49,641 bases of DNA from an uncultured Methanosarcinales archaeon (GCA_964472345.1 CAYYLB010000001.1:1-49641), one strand, 5' to 3'; numbered from the stretch's first letter, positions 19,579 through 29,086 are shown. Notes: a model not told the origin generated them from the sequence alone. Numbers and translations: made by a program.

Positions 19579-20538
19579 CTACCACTCATCTGGCCTCAAA
19601 CGCCCGTGGTGGAGATCAAGCAGCTTATCAACGTCCGGCAGTTTTATACCATGCGCATTCAGGTAATCAGGGATATCTGAAATTCGTAGGTTAAGGCGCT
19701 TCTCGAAGGCGACGGCATCGCGGATGATCATTAGCTCCGAATGTTTCTTCAACTGCTCTTGTGCTTTTTCGCCACCGGCAAGAAGATCTCCTACGCTGGG
19801 CCGGAGCGAAGGATAGATGGTAGCGAGAAGACTATCCCAATTTCCACCGTGCCCGTCTTTGTTATAGCAGGAATAGATAATAAGCCCGCCCGCAGGATCG
19901 CAAACGGCATGCCGGTAATAAAAGTCAAGCATCTCAATGGCTTTTTTTGCATCGTTGCGCTGCAACTGGAGATCGTGCGCGTCGCGCTCAAGCATAGCGA
20001 TCTTTTCTTGGTAGCTGCAGCCGAGCTTCTTTTCTCCATCACGATACGCTGCGAGCTCTTGTCCAATCATATCAAGCTGCTTTTCCTGCTCACCGCATTG
20101 CTGCTCCAGTGCGCCCCTTGCCTGCTCAACGGCCTGCATCGCTTGCTTAAGGCTTGCATAATCCGCCCTTGCTTTTGTCAGTTCAGCATCTCTCTCACTA
20201 ATTTTTTCTTCAAGCAAAGCGGCGGCAGCTTGGTAGGCAGCATTCTGCCCGCGGAGCTCTTCCACTCGGCCCTCCAATGCTGCAGTTTTTTCTCTTTCTT
20301 GAGCAAGCCCCTCGCTCGTTTCCTTTTGTGCTCGCTCTGACTCTCTGAGTGCCGCACGCAGCTCTTCGTTCTTTTCTTCATGTTCCGAAAGCTTTGCCCC
20401 CAAGCCCGTTATTTTTTTCTCAAGTGGCCCCACCAGCTTACTTCTTCGCCCAATATAAACATCAGAGAGCCAACCCTCAATATCAGGTATCCAATCCGCA
20501 AGAGCATACACCGTCGGAAACCATTCACGCAGACCCAT
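19579..20538 (-). CDS. coiled-coil protein with a C-terminal globular domain, 319 aa
   Basis: About 170 aa of heptad-like E/K/A/L/Q-rich sequence (residues about 50-220). ATG 20538 preferred over the TTG at 20556. Confidence 0.65.
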   Translation of the reverse strand: MGLREWFPTVYALADWIPDIEGWLSDVYIGRRSKLVGPLEKKITGLGAKLSEHEEKNEELRAALRESERAQKETSEGLAQEREKTAALEGRVEELRGQNAAYQAAAALLEEKISERDAELTKARADYASLKQAMQAVEQARGALEQQCGEQEKQLDMIGQELAAYRDGEKKLGCSYQEKIAMLERDAHDLQLQRNDAKKAIEMLDFYYRHAVCDPAGGLIIYSCYNKDGHGGNWDSLLATIYPSLRPSVGDLLAGGEKAQEQLKKHSELMIIRDAVAFEKRLNLRISDIPDYLNAHGIKLPDVDKLLDLHHGRLRPDEW

Positions 20539-20613
20539 GATCAGCCTCAAACGCAACCCAAGCAGTCACAGCCTCACTCCCACCGTAAACAGGCAGGTTC
20601 CGCTCAGGAAACC

Positions 20614-21381
20614 TTACGCTTTTCCTTCCATCACCACCACATTCCCCCTTCCCTTCTTGATTTTCCTGATGACGCCGCGCTGCTCAAGGTCGGCAAGCAT
20701 CAGTGATATCTTCGCCTCGCTCAGCGGGAACTGCTTCCGGAGCTCCTTCTGCGTTGTCCGGCCGCCTTCCGCTGCGATGAAATCGACAACCTGCTGGAGG
20801 TCTGCGGGCAGCGTTGCTGAACCTGCTGTTTTTCCTTCGGTTTCCGTTCCGTCCGGTTTTCCTCCTGCCTTGGTGCCCGTTCTTGCTTCAGGTGCCGCTT
20901 CCTCCGCTTCCGGCGCGTGCTTCTTTCCTTTCCGGAGGATGATGGCTGCGGTGATGCCAGCTCCTGCAATTGCCAGCGCTGCAAGAACCACATACGGAAA
21001 AATGGGCCTTTCTGCCGCTTCGGTGAGCATATCGTCAACAGGGATCTCGGTTTCCATGAGCTCCTCCTCTTCAAACAAAGGGAAAACGATCAGATCGAGA
21101 CGATACGTGCCCGCCGCCGGAACGGTGATGTTCTCCTCTGCCAGCGCAATGACGCGGCCGCGCTCCCATTGCTGCGCACGGATGAGGTAGCTGCCCGCAG
21201 GCACGTCGAGCCCGTAGGCTGCGTCATCCGCGATGACCTGCTGCTTGACCGGGCCTTCGGCGATGACAAGCGCCTGCGGCACCGGCGACAAGCCGAAGTC
21301 GTACACGGTTCCGGTGATGGTGGCTGCCTGTGCTGCTGATGCGAGCAGGAGCAGCATGGTGCCCAGGAGCAGCGGTTTCAT
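20614..21381 (-). CDS. membrane-anchored winged-helix regulator with an extracytoplasmic Ig-like/carboxypeptidase-regulatory-like domain
   Basis: Signal peptide MKPLLLGTMLLLLASAAQA. Beta-rich TITGTVYDF...GSYLIRAQ domain. TM helix PYVVLAALAIAGAGITAAIIL. C-terminal wHTH VVDFIAAEGGRTTQKELRKQFPLSEAKISLMLADLEQRGVIRK. Confidence 0.75.
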   Translation of the reverse strand: MKPLLLGTMLLLLASAAQAATITGTVYDFGLSPVPQALVIAEGPVKQQVIADDAAYGLDVPAGSYLIRAQQWERGRVIALAEENITVPAAGTYRLDLIVFPLFEEEELMETEIPVDDMLTEAAERPIFPYVVLAALAIAGAGITAAIILRKGKKHAPEAEEAAPEARTGTKAGGKPDGTETEGKTAGSATLPADLQQVVDFIAAEGGRTTQKELRKQFPLSEAKISLMLADLEQRGVIRKIKKGRGNVVVMEGKA

Positions 21382-21809
21382 GGGTGTTTTGATATTGGTT
21401 CGGAACGAGCCCCAGCAGCCGGATGCTTATATGCTTTGCGCTCTCTTTTTGGTTCAATAGCACCCAAAGAAATCCGCATAAAGTATTAAAAAACTGAAAA
21501 AGTCCCTATTAAACAAAAAAAGCATAAATAAAGCTTTGCTCAAAGCATCAAAAAAGAGTCTATATAAAGAACATTCACTCCTCAGCTTGTGGATGAAGGG
21601 TCCGGTGGTGGTTTTGACACCTCTTTTCCACCACCCCACCCAGACATCCCAACCACCCCACAAAAGGAGGTGCGAAAAAGAGGCTGCACCGCAGAGGTGC
21701 GGAAAAAGAATGGCATGGATCAATGGTTGGCAGAGCGAAGAGGGTGAGATAAGAATGAAGCCAACGGACGGGGCAAAAGAAGTTGCACAATGCAAGGGAG
21801 GCTGAAACA

Positions 21810-23219
21810 ATGAACCTAAAACATGTCGGTACAATGCTGGTGATATCACTTCTTCTGATGAGTGTCGTGCCATTTGCGCTTGCTGACAGTGATGCGCCGG
21901 CGGATTCTGATGCTGATACCGGTTCTGAGCAGACAGCTGATCAAGAAGGAGATACCAATCAAGTAGCGGATCGCACTGGGCGGCGTGCGGATGCCCGCGA
22001 GGAACGGCGAGCAGCTGCGCAGGAAACCCGGAGGGAAGTGCGCGAGCAGGTTCGCGATCAGGCAGCAGCACGCAGCGATGAGTCTGCTGCAGACCGGTTT
22101 GAGCGCGTCCGCGAGCACCAGAAGAAGCAGCTCATGCGGGCGGTAGAGAACTGCAAGGAGCATTCCGAAGAGCAGGCTGCGTGCGAGGAGAAGCTGCAGC
22201 GCAGGCTCGAGCTGGTCGGGAAGCTTGCTGCCAGGGATCTTGAGCGGCTCGATCGCATCAGCCAGCGCAAGGCTGCGCGCATGGAGAGACTCGATGAATT
22301 AGAGAAAAAGGAGCACTACAAGCGCTTCGGGAAGGACTTCACGGCGCGGGGCGTGGCTGCAAGCGCTCGGGCACGGGCGCAGGAGCGCATGAAAGCGGCG
22401 CAGGATTTATCTGCGGAAGCGCGCGAGCACCTGCAGGAGGAGCGGAAAGCGTTCAAGGAACTGCAGGAGCGGCTTGCCGCATGCGGCGATGAGGAAACTG
22501 CGGACTGCAGCGAGGCACGTGAAAAGATCGCCATGCATGCAAAGGACATGATTCTGCACACGATTGACCTGATGCTCGGGCATCTCGACAAGCTCAAGGC
22601 GACCGTCGAGGAGAGCGAGCACCTGACCGAGGAGGAAGCTGCCGCAGCGCTTCAGGCGATTGACGCGAAGATCGCCAAGCTGCAGGAGCTGAAAGCACAG
22701 GCAGAGGCCATCACCGCGCAGACGCCCAAGGCCGATGTGCAGGAGCTTGCGCGCACGGTTGCGAAGCTCTGGAAAGATGACGTCCGCGATGAAGCGCAGC
22801 AGCGCGCCGGCTTCACGATGGCGCACCGCATCGGCGGGATCATCGTACGCAGCGAGCATCTTGCCGTGAAGCTCGAGCGCGTCTTAGAGCATGCTGCGGA
22901 GCGCGGGCTTGACACGAGCGGCCTCGAGCAGCAGACGGACACGTTCAACAGCCAGCTGCAGGAAGCGCAGCAGTCGCATGAGGCTGCGGTTGCCAGGTTC
23001 AAGGAGGCTGCGGCGCTGCGCGGCGAGGAGCGCAAAGCTGCGATCGGGCAGGCGCATGAGCTTCTGAAAACCGCGCGGGAGGAGCTGAAAGCGGCGCACG
23101 AGACGCTGAATGGCATCGTGAAGGCGCTGCGCGAGCAGAAGCTTGCGGATGAGCTCGACGAGGATGCCTCAAGCGAAGCGGTAGAAGAAGCGGAAGAAGC
23201 TGAAGCAGCTGAGGCATAG
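21810..23219 (+). CDS. secreted or membrane-anchored, highly charged alpha-helical (coiled-coil) protein, 469 aa
   Basis: N-terminal hydrophobic segment VGTMLVISLLLMSVVPFALA, then about 430 aa rich in E/R/K/A/L. ATG 21810 chosen so the hydrophobic segment is N-terminal. Confidence 0.7.
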   Translation: MNLKHVGTMLVISLLLMSVVPFALADSDAPADSDADTGSEQTADQEGDTNQVADRTGRRADAREERRAAAQETRREVREQVRDQAAARSDESAADRFERVREHQKKQLMRAVENCKEHSEEQAACEEKLQRRLELVGKLAARDLERLDRISQRKAARMERLDELEKKEHYKRFGKDFTARGVAASARARAQERMKAAQDLSAEAREHLQEERKAFKELQERLAACGDEETADCSEAREKIAMHAKDMILHTIDLMLGHLDKLKATVEESEHLTEEEAAAALQAIDAKIAKLQELKAQAEAITAQTPKADVQELARTVAKLWKDDVRDEAQQRAGFTMAHRIGGIIVRSEHLAVKLERVLEHAAERGLDTSGLEQQTDTFNSQLQEAQQSHEAAVARFKEAAALRGEERKAAIGQAHELLKTAREELKAAHETLNGIVKALREQKLADELDEDASSEAVEEAEEAEAAEA

Positions 23220-23258
23220 TTTTTTTCTTTCTTTTCTTTTTTTTGTTGTTTTCTTTCC
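23220..23258 (+). terminator. oligo-T / pyrimidine tract terminator
   Basis: TTTTTTTCTTTCTTTTCTTTTTTTTGTTGTTTTCTTTCC directly after the stop codon. Archaeal terminators are T-tracts. Confidence 0.55.
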
Positions 23259-23295
23259 TGCTGGATGGAAGCCAGACGCAGAGCGCGGGTTCCCT

Positions 23296-23620
23296 ACCAT
23301 AGGCGTTATTGAAAAGTTCTCGCTCACGCTCGGCACTGCCGCTCGCTCCGCCGCGCGGCGAAGACTTCGCTCCGCCTGGGCTCTCCTCGCGCCGCTCCAG
23401 TCTGCGCAGCAGCTGGAGCTCCCAAAAACCGCAGTTTTTTATAGCTCGGCGAGCATTTCTTGCCATTCCCTTCGCTGTAACCCGCTGTTCGTCAGAATGG
23501 AAATCGGTCCCTTGGGCGGTGCAAGCAGTAGTTGAAAGCTACTCGCACTCTGTGCCGAGACGTCGACGCGTCGCTCGCCATCGTGGCAGTGCAACACTTT
23601 TCAATAACGCCCGACCATAG
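23296..23620. mobile_element. MITE-like non-autonomous element (about 325 bp)
   Basis: 16-bp perfect terminal inverted repeat: GGCGTTATTGAAAAGT at 23302-23317 and its complement at 23596-23611. Flanked by the direct 7-mer ACCATAG (23296-23302 and 23614-23620). No credible ORF inside. Confidence 0.5.
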
Positions 23621-23650
23621 AAACTATTAAATAACAGAACGCTTTACGTC

Positions 23651-24280
23651 ATGCCAATGGAACGAATGTACCGCCAGCGTGCGCGTGTGGTGAAGCGCTC
23701 TCCGAGGGGTTTTGTGCATCTGGCGGTGAAGCTTGATCGCCTGAAGGTCGAGCTGAGCGGCGCGGATGCATACCGCTGCCTGCAGGAAATCAACAGGATG
23801 CTCGACAAGCTGAATCGTGCTGCAAGCCACTCGCATGACGACGGCCATCTGCTGGATTACCGGCTCGAGACGCTGCTGAGCGATGAGCTGATGCGGGACC
23901 GGAATGTCACGAAGCTGCTCGACAAGCTGGCGCAGTTGTATCATGACTACCGAACCGAGCGCGTCGTGCTGGAAAACAAGAAGATCGTTGAGCTTGAGAA
24001 AGGCAGGGTGCACAACAAGATTGACACGGCTGCGCTGCAGAGGGGGGTCCGGAAATTCCTGTTCCATATTCCGAAAGAGCAGGTGCGCCATGCGGTGGTT
24101 CACGTGAAAGGCGACATCGCGGAAGAGGACGCGCGGACGATCATTGACCATATCGAGCGCGAGCTGCCCAATGCGGAACTGCATCCTGCGGTGAGCCGCG
24201 GCGATGTCCCTACGCACACGCTGATCGAAGGAGTCTTCTTTGGTGAATTTCCCTACGATACCCGGGACGACGCTGACTGA
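23651..24280 (+). CDS. hypothetical protein, 209 aa
   Basis: CTATTAAATAAC box about 25 nt upstream of the ATG. No motif recognised. Confidence 0.55.
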   Translation: MPMERMYRQRARVVKRSPRGFVHLAVKLDRLKVELSGADAYRCLQEINRMLDKLNRAASHSHDDGHLLDYRLETLLSDELMRDRNVTKLLDKLAQLYHDYRTERVVLENKKIVELEKGRVHNKIDTAALQRGVRKFLFHIPKEQVRHAVVHVKGDIAEEDARTIIDHIERELPNAELHPAVSRGDVPTHTLIEGVFFGEFPYDTRDDAD

Positions 24281-24398
24281 GCGGGGTTTTCTTGCAGTTA
24301 AGCACCCCTTATTAGGAGTTACAATATGTGCTTATGCGGTGTGCAAATGCAGGTAAATTTAAATACACTCTTTCTCTTTCCCCAAAAAAGGGGCTGCG

Positions 24399-26291
24399 AT
24401 GACGGACAAACTCCACCTGAGTACGCAGGCACAAAAGGTTCTTGAGCACTTTGTCTTGCGGAGGAACGAGGAAGGCAGGGTCGTTGAAAGCCCCGAGCAG
24501 GTTTTCCGGCGCGTTGCGCGGCTTGCAGCAAGTTCTGAGGTTAAATACAGGAACAAGTCAAAAATAGAGCGTCTTTTGAGGAGATATGGAAAATCGCATT
24601 ATGATTTCTGGTGGCTTGCGGTAAAAGCAAAGGAATTTTCCTCCCTTGCAAGACAAGACAAGCAAGTCAAGCAGGCTGAGGATTCTTTTTACGAGCTGCT
24701 GAGTTCGCTCGAGTTTGTTCCTGACCTGCCGGTGCTGATGAATGCAGGCAGGCGCTCGCCGCAGCTCGCGAGCGTCTATATATTTCCTGTAGAAGATTCC
24801 CTTGACTCCATCTTCGGTGCATTGCGGAAAGCGGCACTCGTGCATCAGACCGGTGCTGCAACAGGTTTTTCCTTTCGCAAGGTGCGGCCGCATGGCGACC
24901 ATGCTCTCAGCATCGACCGGCTGGCGTCAGGCCCCTTGTCATTCATCAGGCTGTTTGACCAGGCGCTCGAGCAGGTCGCCGCGGGCAACAAGCGGTGCTG
25001 TGCGACGCTCAGCGCACTTCCTCTCACCCACCCCGAGGTGATGCCATTCGTGACGGCGCAGCAGTTTGATGAGCTGCATCACACGAACCGCGCAGTCCTG
25101 CTTTCGGATCATGTCCTCCAGGCTGCGGAGAGAGGGACGTCGGTGAGCTTCGTGAACCCCCGGACAGGAAAGGCCATGGGCCGCGAAGATGCGCGCGCCC
25201 TGCTGCAGATGCTCGGCACAGCAGCCCTGGCGCATGCGGAGCCGGGCATCCTGTTTTCCGATGAGATTAACCGGCACAATCCCACACCAAAACTCGGGTA
25301 CATCGATACCTCGAGCCCGTGCGGGGAGGCGCTGCTTCTGCCGAATGAGGCCTGCACGCTCGGGAGCATCAACGCCGGGGCATTCGTGCAGAACGAGCAG
25401 ATTGACTGGCAGCGGCTGAAGAAGCGCGTCGGGCAGGCGGTCCACTTTTTGGATAACCTGATTGATGTTACGGACTACCTGTTCCCTGAGGTGTTCGCTG
25501 CCGTCCATGGCAACCGCAAGCTCGCATTAGGCGTGATGGGATTCGCTGATCTTCTGGCGCAGATGAAGGTGCGCTACAACACCGACCGTGCGCTCCAGAT
25601 TGCCGAGGAGCTGATGCGCTTCATCGCTGCGGAGGCGAAGCAGGCGAGCGCTGAGCTTGCGGTGATCCGCGGCGTCTATCCCAACTTCCGGAAGGGCGGG
25701 ATCAGCAGCCGGAAAAAGGAGGACCAGGTGAGGAACGCGACGCGCACCGCGATCGCTCCCACCAGCACCATCAGCCTCCTCGCGGACTGCTCGCCGGGCA
25801 TCGAGCCGTTCTTTGCGCTTGCGTACCGGCAGCGCATCGGGCCGCATGAGCTGCAGACCGTGAACAGGCATTTCGCCGCCGCGGCAAAGAAAGAGGAGAT
25901 TTACTCTGAAAAGCTGCAGCAGCAGCTGCTCGAGCGCGGGCATAGCAAAGGGCTGTTCATTCCCGTTTGGATGAAGCGGGTGTATGTCACTGCGGCTGAC
26001 GTGGGCGCGGACTGGCACGTCCGGATGCAGGCAGCGTTCCAGAAATACTGCGATCAGGGGGTTGCGAAACTCGTGATGCTCCGTGATGATGCAACGGTCG
26101 ATGAGGTGCTGCAGCTGATCCGGCAGGCGCACGCGTCGCACTGCAAAGGCCTGATGCTCTACCCTGCAGGCAGCGCGCGCAGGTACCCTACACCCGGTGA
26201 GGCGCGGTCCGCGGCCGGAGAAGCGTGCCCACGCTGCGGCGCTGCGCTGCCGGAGGAGTCGCGGGAATGCCTTTTTTGCCGGACGATGTGA
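24399..26291 (+). CDS. nrdJ: ribonucleoside-triphosphate/diphosphate reductase, class II (adenosylcobalamin-dependent), short form
   Basis: Active-site loop SSPCGEALLLPNEACTLGSIN. RNATRTAIAPTSTISLLADCSPGIEPFF. C-terminal Cys4 tail CPRCG...CLFC. Confidence 0.9.
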   Translation: MTDKLHLSTQAQKVLEHFVLRRNEEGRVVESPEQVFRRVARLAASSEVKYRNKSKIERLLRRYGKSHYDFWWLAVKAKEFSSLARQDKQVKQAEDSFYELLSSLEFVPDLPVLMNAGRRSPQLASVYIFPVEDSLDSIFGALRKAALVHQTGAATGFSFRKVRPHGDHALSIDRLASGPLSFIRLFDQALEQVAAGNKRCCATLSALPLTHPEVMPFVTAQQFDELHHTNRAVLLSDHVLQAAERGTSVSFVNPRTGKAMGREDARALLQMLGTAALAHAEPGILFSDEINRHNPTPKLGYIDTSSPCGEALLLPNEACTLGSINAGAFVQNEQIDWQRLKKRVGQAVHFLDNLIDVTDYLFPEVFAAVHGNRKLALGVMGFADLLAQMKVRYNTDRALQIAEELMRFIAAEAKQASAELAVIRGVYPNFRKGGISSRKKEDQVRNATRTAIAPTSTISLLADCSPGIEPFFALAYRQRIGPHELQTVNRHFAAAAKKEEIYSEKLQQQLLERGHSKGLFIPVWMKRVYVTAADVGADWHVRMQAAFQKYCDQGVAKLVMLRDDATVDEVLQLIRQAHASHCKGLMLYPAGSARRYPTPGEARSAAGEACPRCGAALPEESRECLFCRTM

Positions 26292-26301
26292 GGTGAGCTG
26301 G

Positions 26302-26721
26302 ATGGTCTATCAACAGGTCAATGTGCTCGCGGTGCTCGTGTCCGCAGCCGCCGGGATGGCGCTCGGAGCGCTGTGGTATTCGCCGCTGCTCTTCGGGAAT
26401 GTATGGATGCGGCTGAGCGGGATGACACCGAAGCAGCTCGCTGCCGCGAAGAAGCAGGGGATGGCTGCCGCGTATGGGGTGACATTTCTCGGTGTGCTGG
26501 TGATGGCATTTGTCCTCGCGATGCTGCTCGCCGCGACAGGGGCTGAGACGGTGGCTGACGGGGCGCTGCTCGCCTTCTGGCTCTGGCTCGGGTTCCTTGC
26601 GACGACGATGGTCGGCAGCGTCCTCTGGGAAAAGAAGCCGTTCACGCTCTACCTGCTCAACATCGCGCATTATCTTGCCGTGCTCATGGTGATGGCGGGG
26701 ATTCTGAGGTGGTGGGGGTAG
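26302..26721 (+). CDS. DUF1761-like small membrane protein
   Basis: Four hydrophobic helices. The N-terminal VLVSAAAGMALGALWYSPLLFG pattern is typical of that family. ATG 26302 follows the nrdJ stop by 10 nt. Confidence 0.65.
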   Translation: MVYQQVNVLAVLVSAAAGMALGALWYSPLLFGNVWMRLSGMTPKQLAAAKKQGMAAAYGVTFLGVLVMAFVLAMLLAATGAETVADGALLAFWLWLGFLATTMVGSVLWEKKPFTLYLLNIAHYLAVLMVMAGILRWWG

Positions 26722-26724
26722 CCA

Positions 26725-27177
26725 TCAGTTCCATTCGGCTTGGTTGTAGTGAGAGTCGTGGAGGAACTCTCCAACAACGCTCCTGTAGAACGTACGGACA
26801 GCACCCATCACATTCGGTGGCAGGACCTGTGCAATGGCTACTGCGGTTTCAGCATTAACGCCGCGGGCCATCATTATGTCTGCAACCAATGAAGCAAAAT
26901 CCAAATAACACTTTACCGCGCGTGCGCGCTTCCGCTGAACCTGCGCCCCGCTTCCATCCTGAGAATGAAGTTCCATGAGCCGATCGTAAAGCCCCCTGAC
27001 GCCGTCCACGTTATCAGTGTATACGCAGCTACGGAGGGCCAACGCGAAGGTTTCAATAGGTGGTAACGCTGGATTCGCAACGTCGGATCCTTCAGAGGGC
27101 TGCTGGGTGCCCGTGCCGTTCCGGCCTCCATCGGCAGTAACCCCTTCTATCCCATTTATCCTGTTTATCTTATTCAT
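26725..27177 (-). CDS. hypothetical protein, 150 aa
   Basis: TTTATAAAAC box about 30 nt upstream of ATG 27177. The longer track ORF would run into the thermosome gene. Confidence 0.5.
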   Translation of the reverse strand: MNKINRINGIEGVTADGGRNGTGTQQPSEGSDVANPALPPIETFALALRSCVYTDNVDGVRGLYDRLMELHSQDGSGAQVQRKRARAVKCYLDFASLVADIMMARGVNAETAVAIAQVLPPNVMGAVRTFYRSVVGEFLHDSHYNQAEWN

Positions 27178-27334
27178 CCGGTCTGCTTCTGCACGCTGTT
27201 TTATAAATCTTCCTATTTTAATCACCATAAGATAGTAACATAATCTGCGTGAGGGAAATCGGCTGCAATGGCGCACACGCACCGAGCGAATTTGGGCGAC
27301 CGCATCAAAAAAGAGGAGAAAGAAAACGCAACCC

Positions 27335-28990
27335 CTACATCTCCATATCTCCCATCCCACCCATGCCGCCGGGGCCGCCCATGCCGGGGGGCATCTTGCC
27401 GTTGCCTCCCTTGCTGCCGCCCGCGATGACATCGTCGATGCGCAGGATCATCTCAGCGACTTCCGCGGCGCTGCCGATGGCGTGCGTCTTGATCTTGAGC
27501 GGCTCAATCACGCCCGCCCTCCACGCGTTGATCACCTTGCCGGTGAAGACATCAATACCCGCCCACTTCTCCTTCCGGTCGTGCGCAGCATTGAGCTTGG
27601 TCATCACATCAATCGGGTCCAAACCGGCATTCTCGGCAAGCGTGCGGGGTATGGTTTCCAGCGCATCGGCGAACGCCTGCACGGCGAGCTGCTCGCGCCC
27701 CTTCAGCTGGGATGCGAACTTGCGCAGCTGCCGGGCGAGCTCCGTTTCGCAGGCGCCGGCGCCGCCGACCGCCTTGCCCACCTTGAGCGCGGCGATGATG
27801 TCGCCGACCGCGTCCGTGACGGCGCGCTTGATCTCATCGACGACATGCTCAGTGCCGCCGCGCAGCAGCAGCGTGACTGCCTTGGGGTTCTTGCATTTCT
27901 CAACAAAGACCATCTCTTCGTCGCCTATCTTCTCCTCGCGGACAACGCCGGCAAAACCGAGGTCCTGCCTGCTGAGGTCATTCAGGTTGCTCACGATCTT
28001 CGCTCCGGTCGCGCGGGAGAGCTTTTCCATGTCTGACTTGGCTGCACGGCGCACGGCAAAGATGCCTGCCTTTGCGAGGAAGTGCTGCGCCATGTCATCA
28101 ATGCCCTTCTGGCAGAAGACGACCGTCGCGCCTGAAGCGCTGACCTTGTCTACCATCTTCCGGAGCTGGCTTTCCTCCTGCTCAAGGAATGCCTCAATCT
28201 GCGATGGATCGGATATCTGGATCTTCGCGTCAATCTCCGTGTTCTTGATCTCAAGGGCGACATCGAGCAGCGCAACCTTCGCGTTCGTGACCTGCACGGG
28301 CATGCCGCTGTGCACGCGCTCCTTGTCAATCACGATGCCCTCGACAAGATCGCTGTCGTCCGCGACGCCGCCGATGCGCTTCTCGATCTTGATGTTGTCC
28401 TTGTCGATGCGCAGCCCGCTTCCGTCCTGATCAATGATGCTTGCGACTGCCTTGACGACAAGCTCGGCGAGGAACTCCTTCGCCGCTTCTGCCCCTTTGC
28501 CTGTCATGGCGGTTATTGCGATATTCCTGAGAAGCCCCGTGTCCTTGAGGGCGACCGGCTCGGCGATATCGTTCAGGATCTCCTGCGCACGCGCCTGGGA
28601 CATGCGGTAGCCCTTCGCGATGACGGTCGGATGGATCTCCTGGTCAAGCAGGTCTTCCGCCTTCTTGAGCATCTCACCTGCAAGGACAACCGCAGTCGTC
28701 GTGCCGTCACCCACCTCATCTTCCTGGGACTTCGCGACCTCGACGACCATCTTGGCTGCCGGGTGCTCGATCTTCATCTCCTCAAGGATTGTCACGCCGT
28801 CGTTGGTCACGATGACATCCCCCAGAGAATCAACAATCATCTTGTCCATCCCTTTCGGGCCGAGCGTTGTCCGGACGGTCTGCGCGACGGCCTTCGCGGC
28901 CATGATGTTCATGCGCTGCGCATCCCTGCCGGTGGTGCGCTGCGTGTCTTCCGGCAATATGAAGATCGGCTGTACTTGCTGTGCTGCCAT
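27335..28990 (-). CDS. ths: thermosome subunit (group II chaperonin)
   Basis: [38 protein letters not shown]. Met/Gly-rich C-terminal tail [16 protein letters not shown]. Confidence 0.95.
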   Translation of the reverse strand: MAAQQVQPIFILPEDTQRTTGRDAQRMNIMAAKAVAQTVRTTLGPKGMDKMIVDSLGDVIVTNDGVTILEEMKIEHPAAKMVVEVAKSQEDEVGDGTTTAVVLAGEMLKKAEDLLDQEIHPTVIAKGYRMSQARAQEILNDIAEPVALKDTGLLRNIAITAMTGKGAEAAKEFLAELVVKAVASIIDQDGSGLRIDKDNIKIEKRIGGVADDSDLVEGIVIDKERVHSGMPVQVTNAKVALLDVALEIKNTEIDAKIQISDPSQIEAFLEQEESQLRKMVDKVSASGATVVFCQKGIDDMAQHFLAKAGIFAVRRAAKSDMEKLSRATGAKIVSNLNDLSRQDLGFAGVVREEKIGDEEMVFVEKCKNPKAVTLLLRGGTEHVVDEIKRAVTDAVGDIIAALKVGKAVGGAGACETELARQLRKFASQLKGREQLAVQAFADALETIPRTLAENAGLDPIDVMTKLNAAHDRKEKWAGIDVFTGKVINAWRAGVIEPLKIKTHAIGSAAEVAEMILRIDDVIAGGSKGGNGKMPPGMGGPGGMGGMGDMEM

Positions 28991-29032
28991 AGGCTCACCC
29001 CATCTCTGACAGGTCAGCGGGGAAAGAGGGTC

Positions 29033-29040
29033 CTATATAA
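29033..29040 (-). promoter_or_regulatory. TATA box (TTTATATA on the minus strand) of the thermosome gene
   Basis: About 45 nt upstream of ATG 28990, with SD-like GGGGTGAG in between. Confidence 0.5.
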
Positions 29041-29086
29041 AGGTTACGGCGGTTTCGCGCAGTTTTCACGACGATAAGAATGGCAG

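Noticed and set aside
21536-21805. 89-aa ORF in the long leader upstream of 21810.
   Set aside because: The Pro/His/Gln-rich product is unconvincing and there is no SD. The region is better explained as untranslated or regulatory.
22999-23620. ORFs 22999..23466 (-) and 23309..23620 (+) crossing the terminator and the MITE-like element.
   Set aside because: They span a T-tract and inverted repeats, have low-complexity products, and have no start signals.
24281-24398. Possible cobalamin riboswitch upstream of the B12-dependent nrdJ.
   Set aside because: The region is about 40 nt from the TATA box to the ATG and shows only a CCCC-A6-GGGG hairpin. That is far too short for a riboswitch.
27249-29077. 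393-aa and 255-aa plus-strand ORFs opposite the thermosome gene.
   Set aside because: Antisense artefacts with low-complexity Ser/Ala/Pro products.
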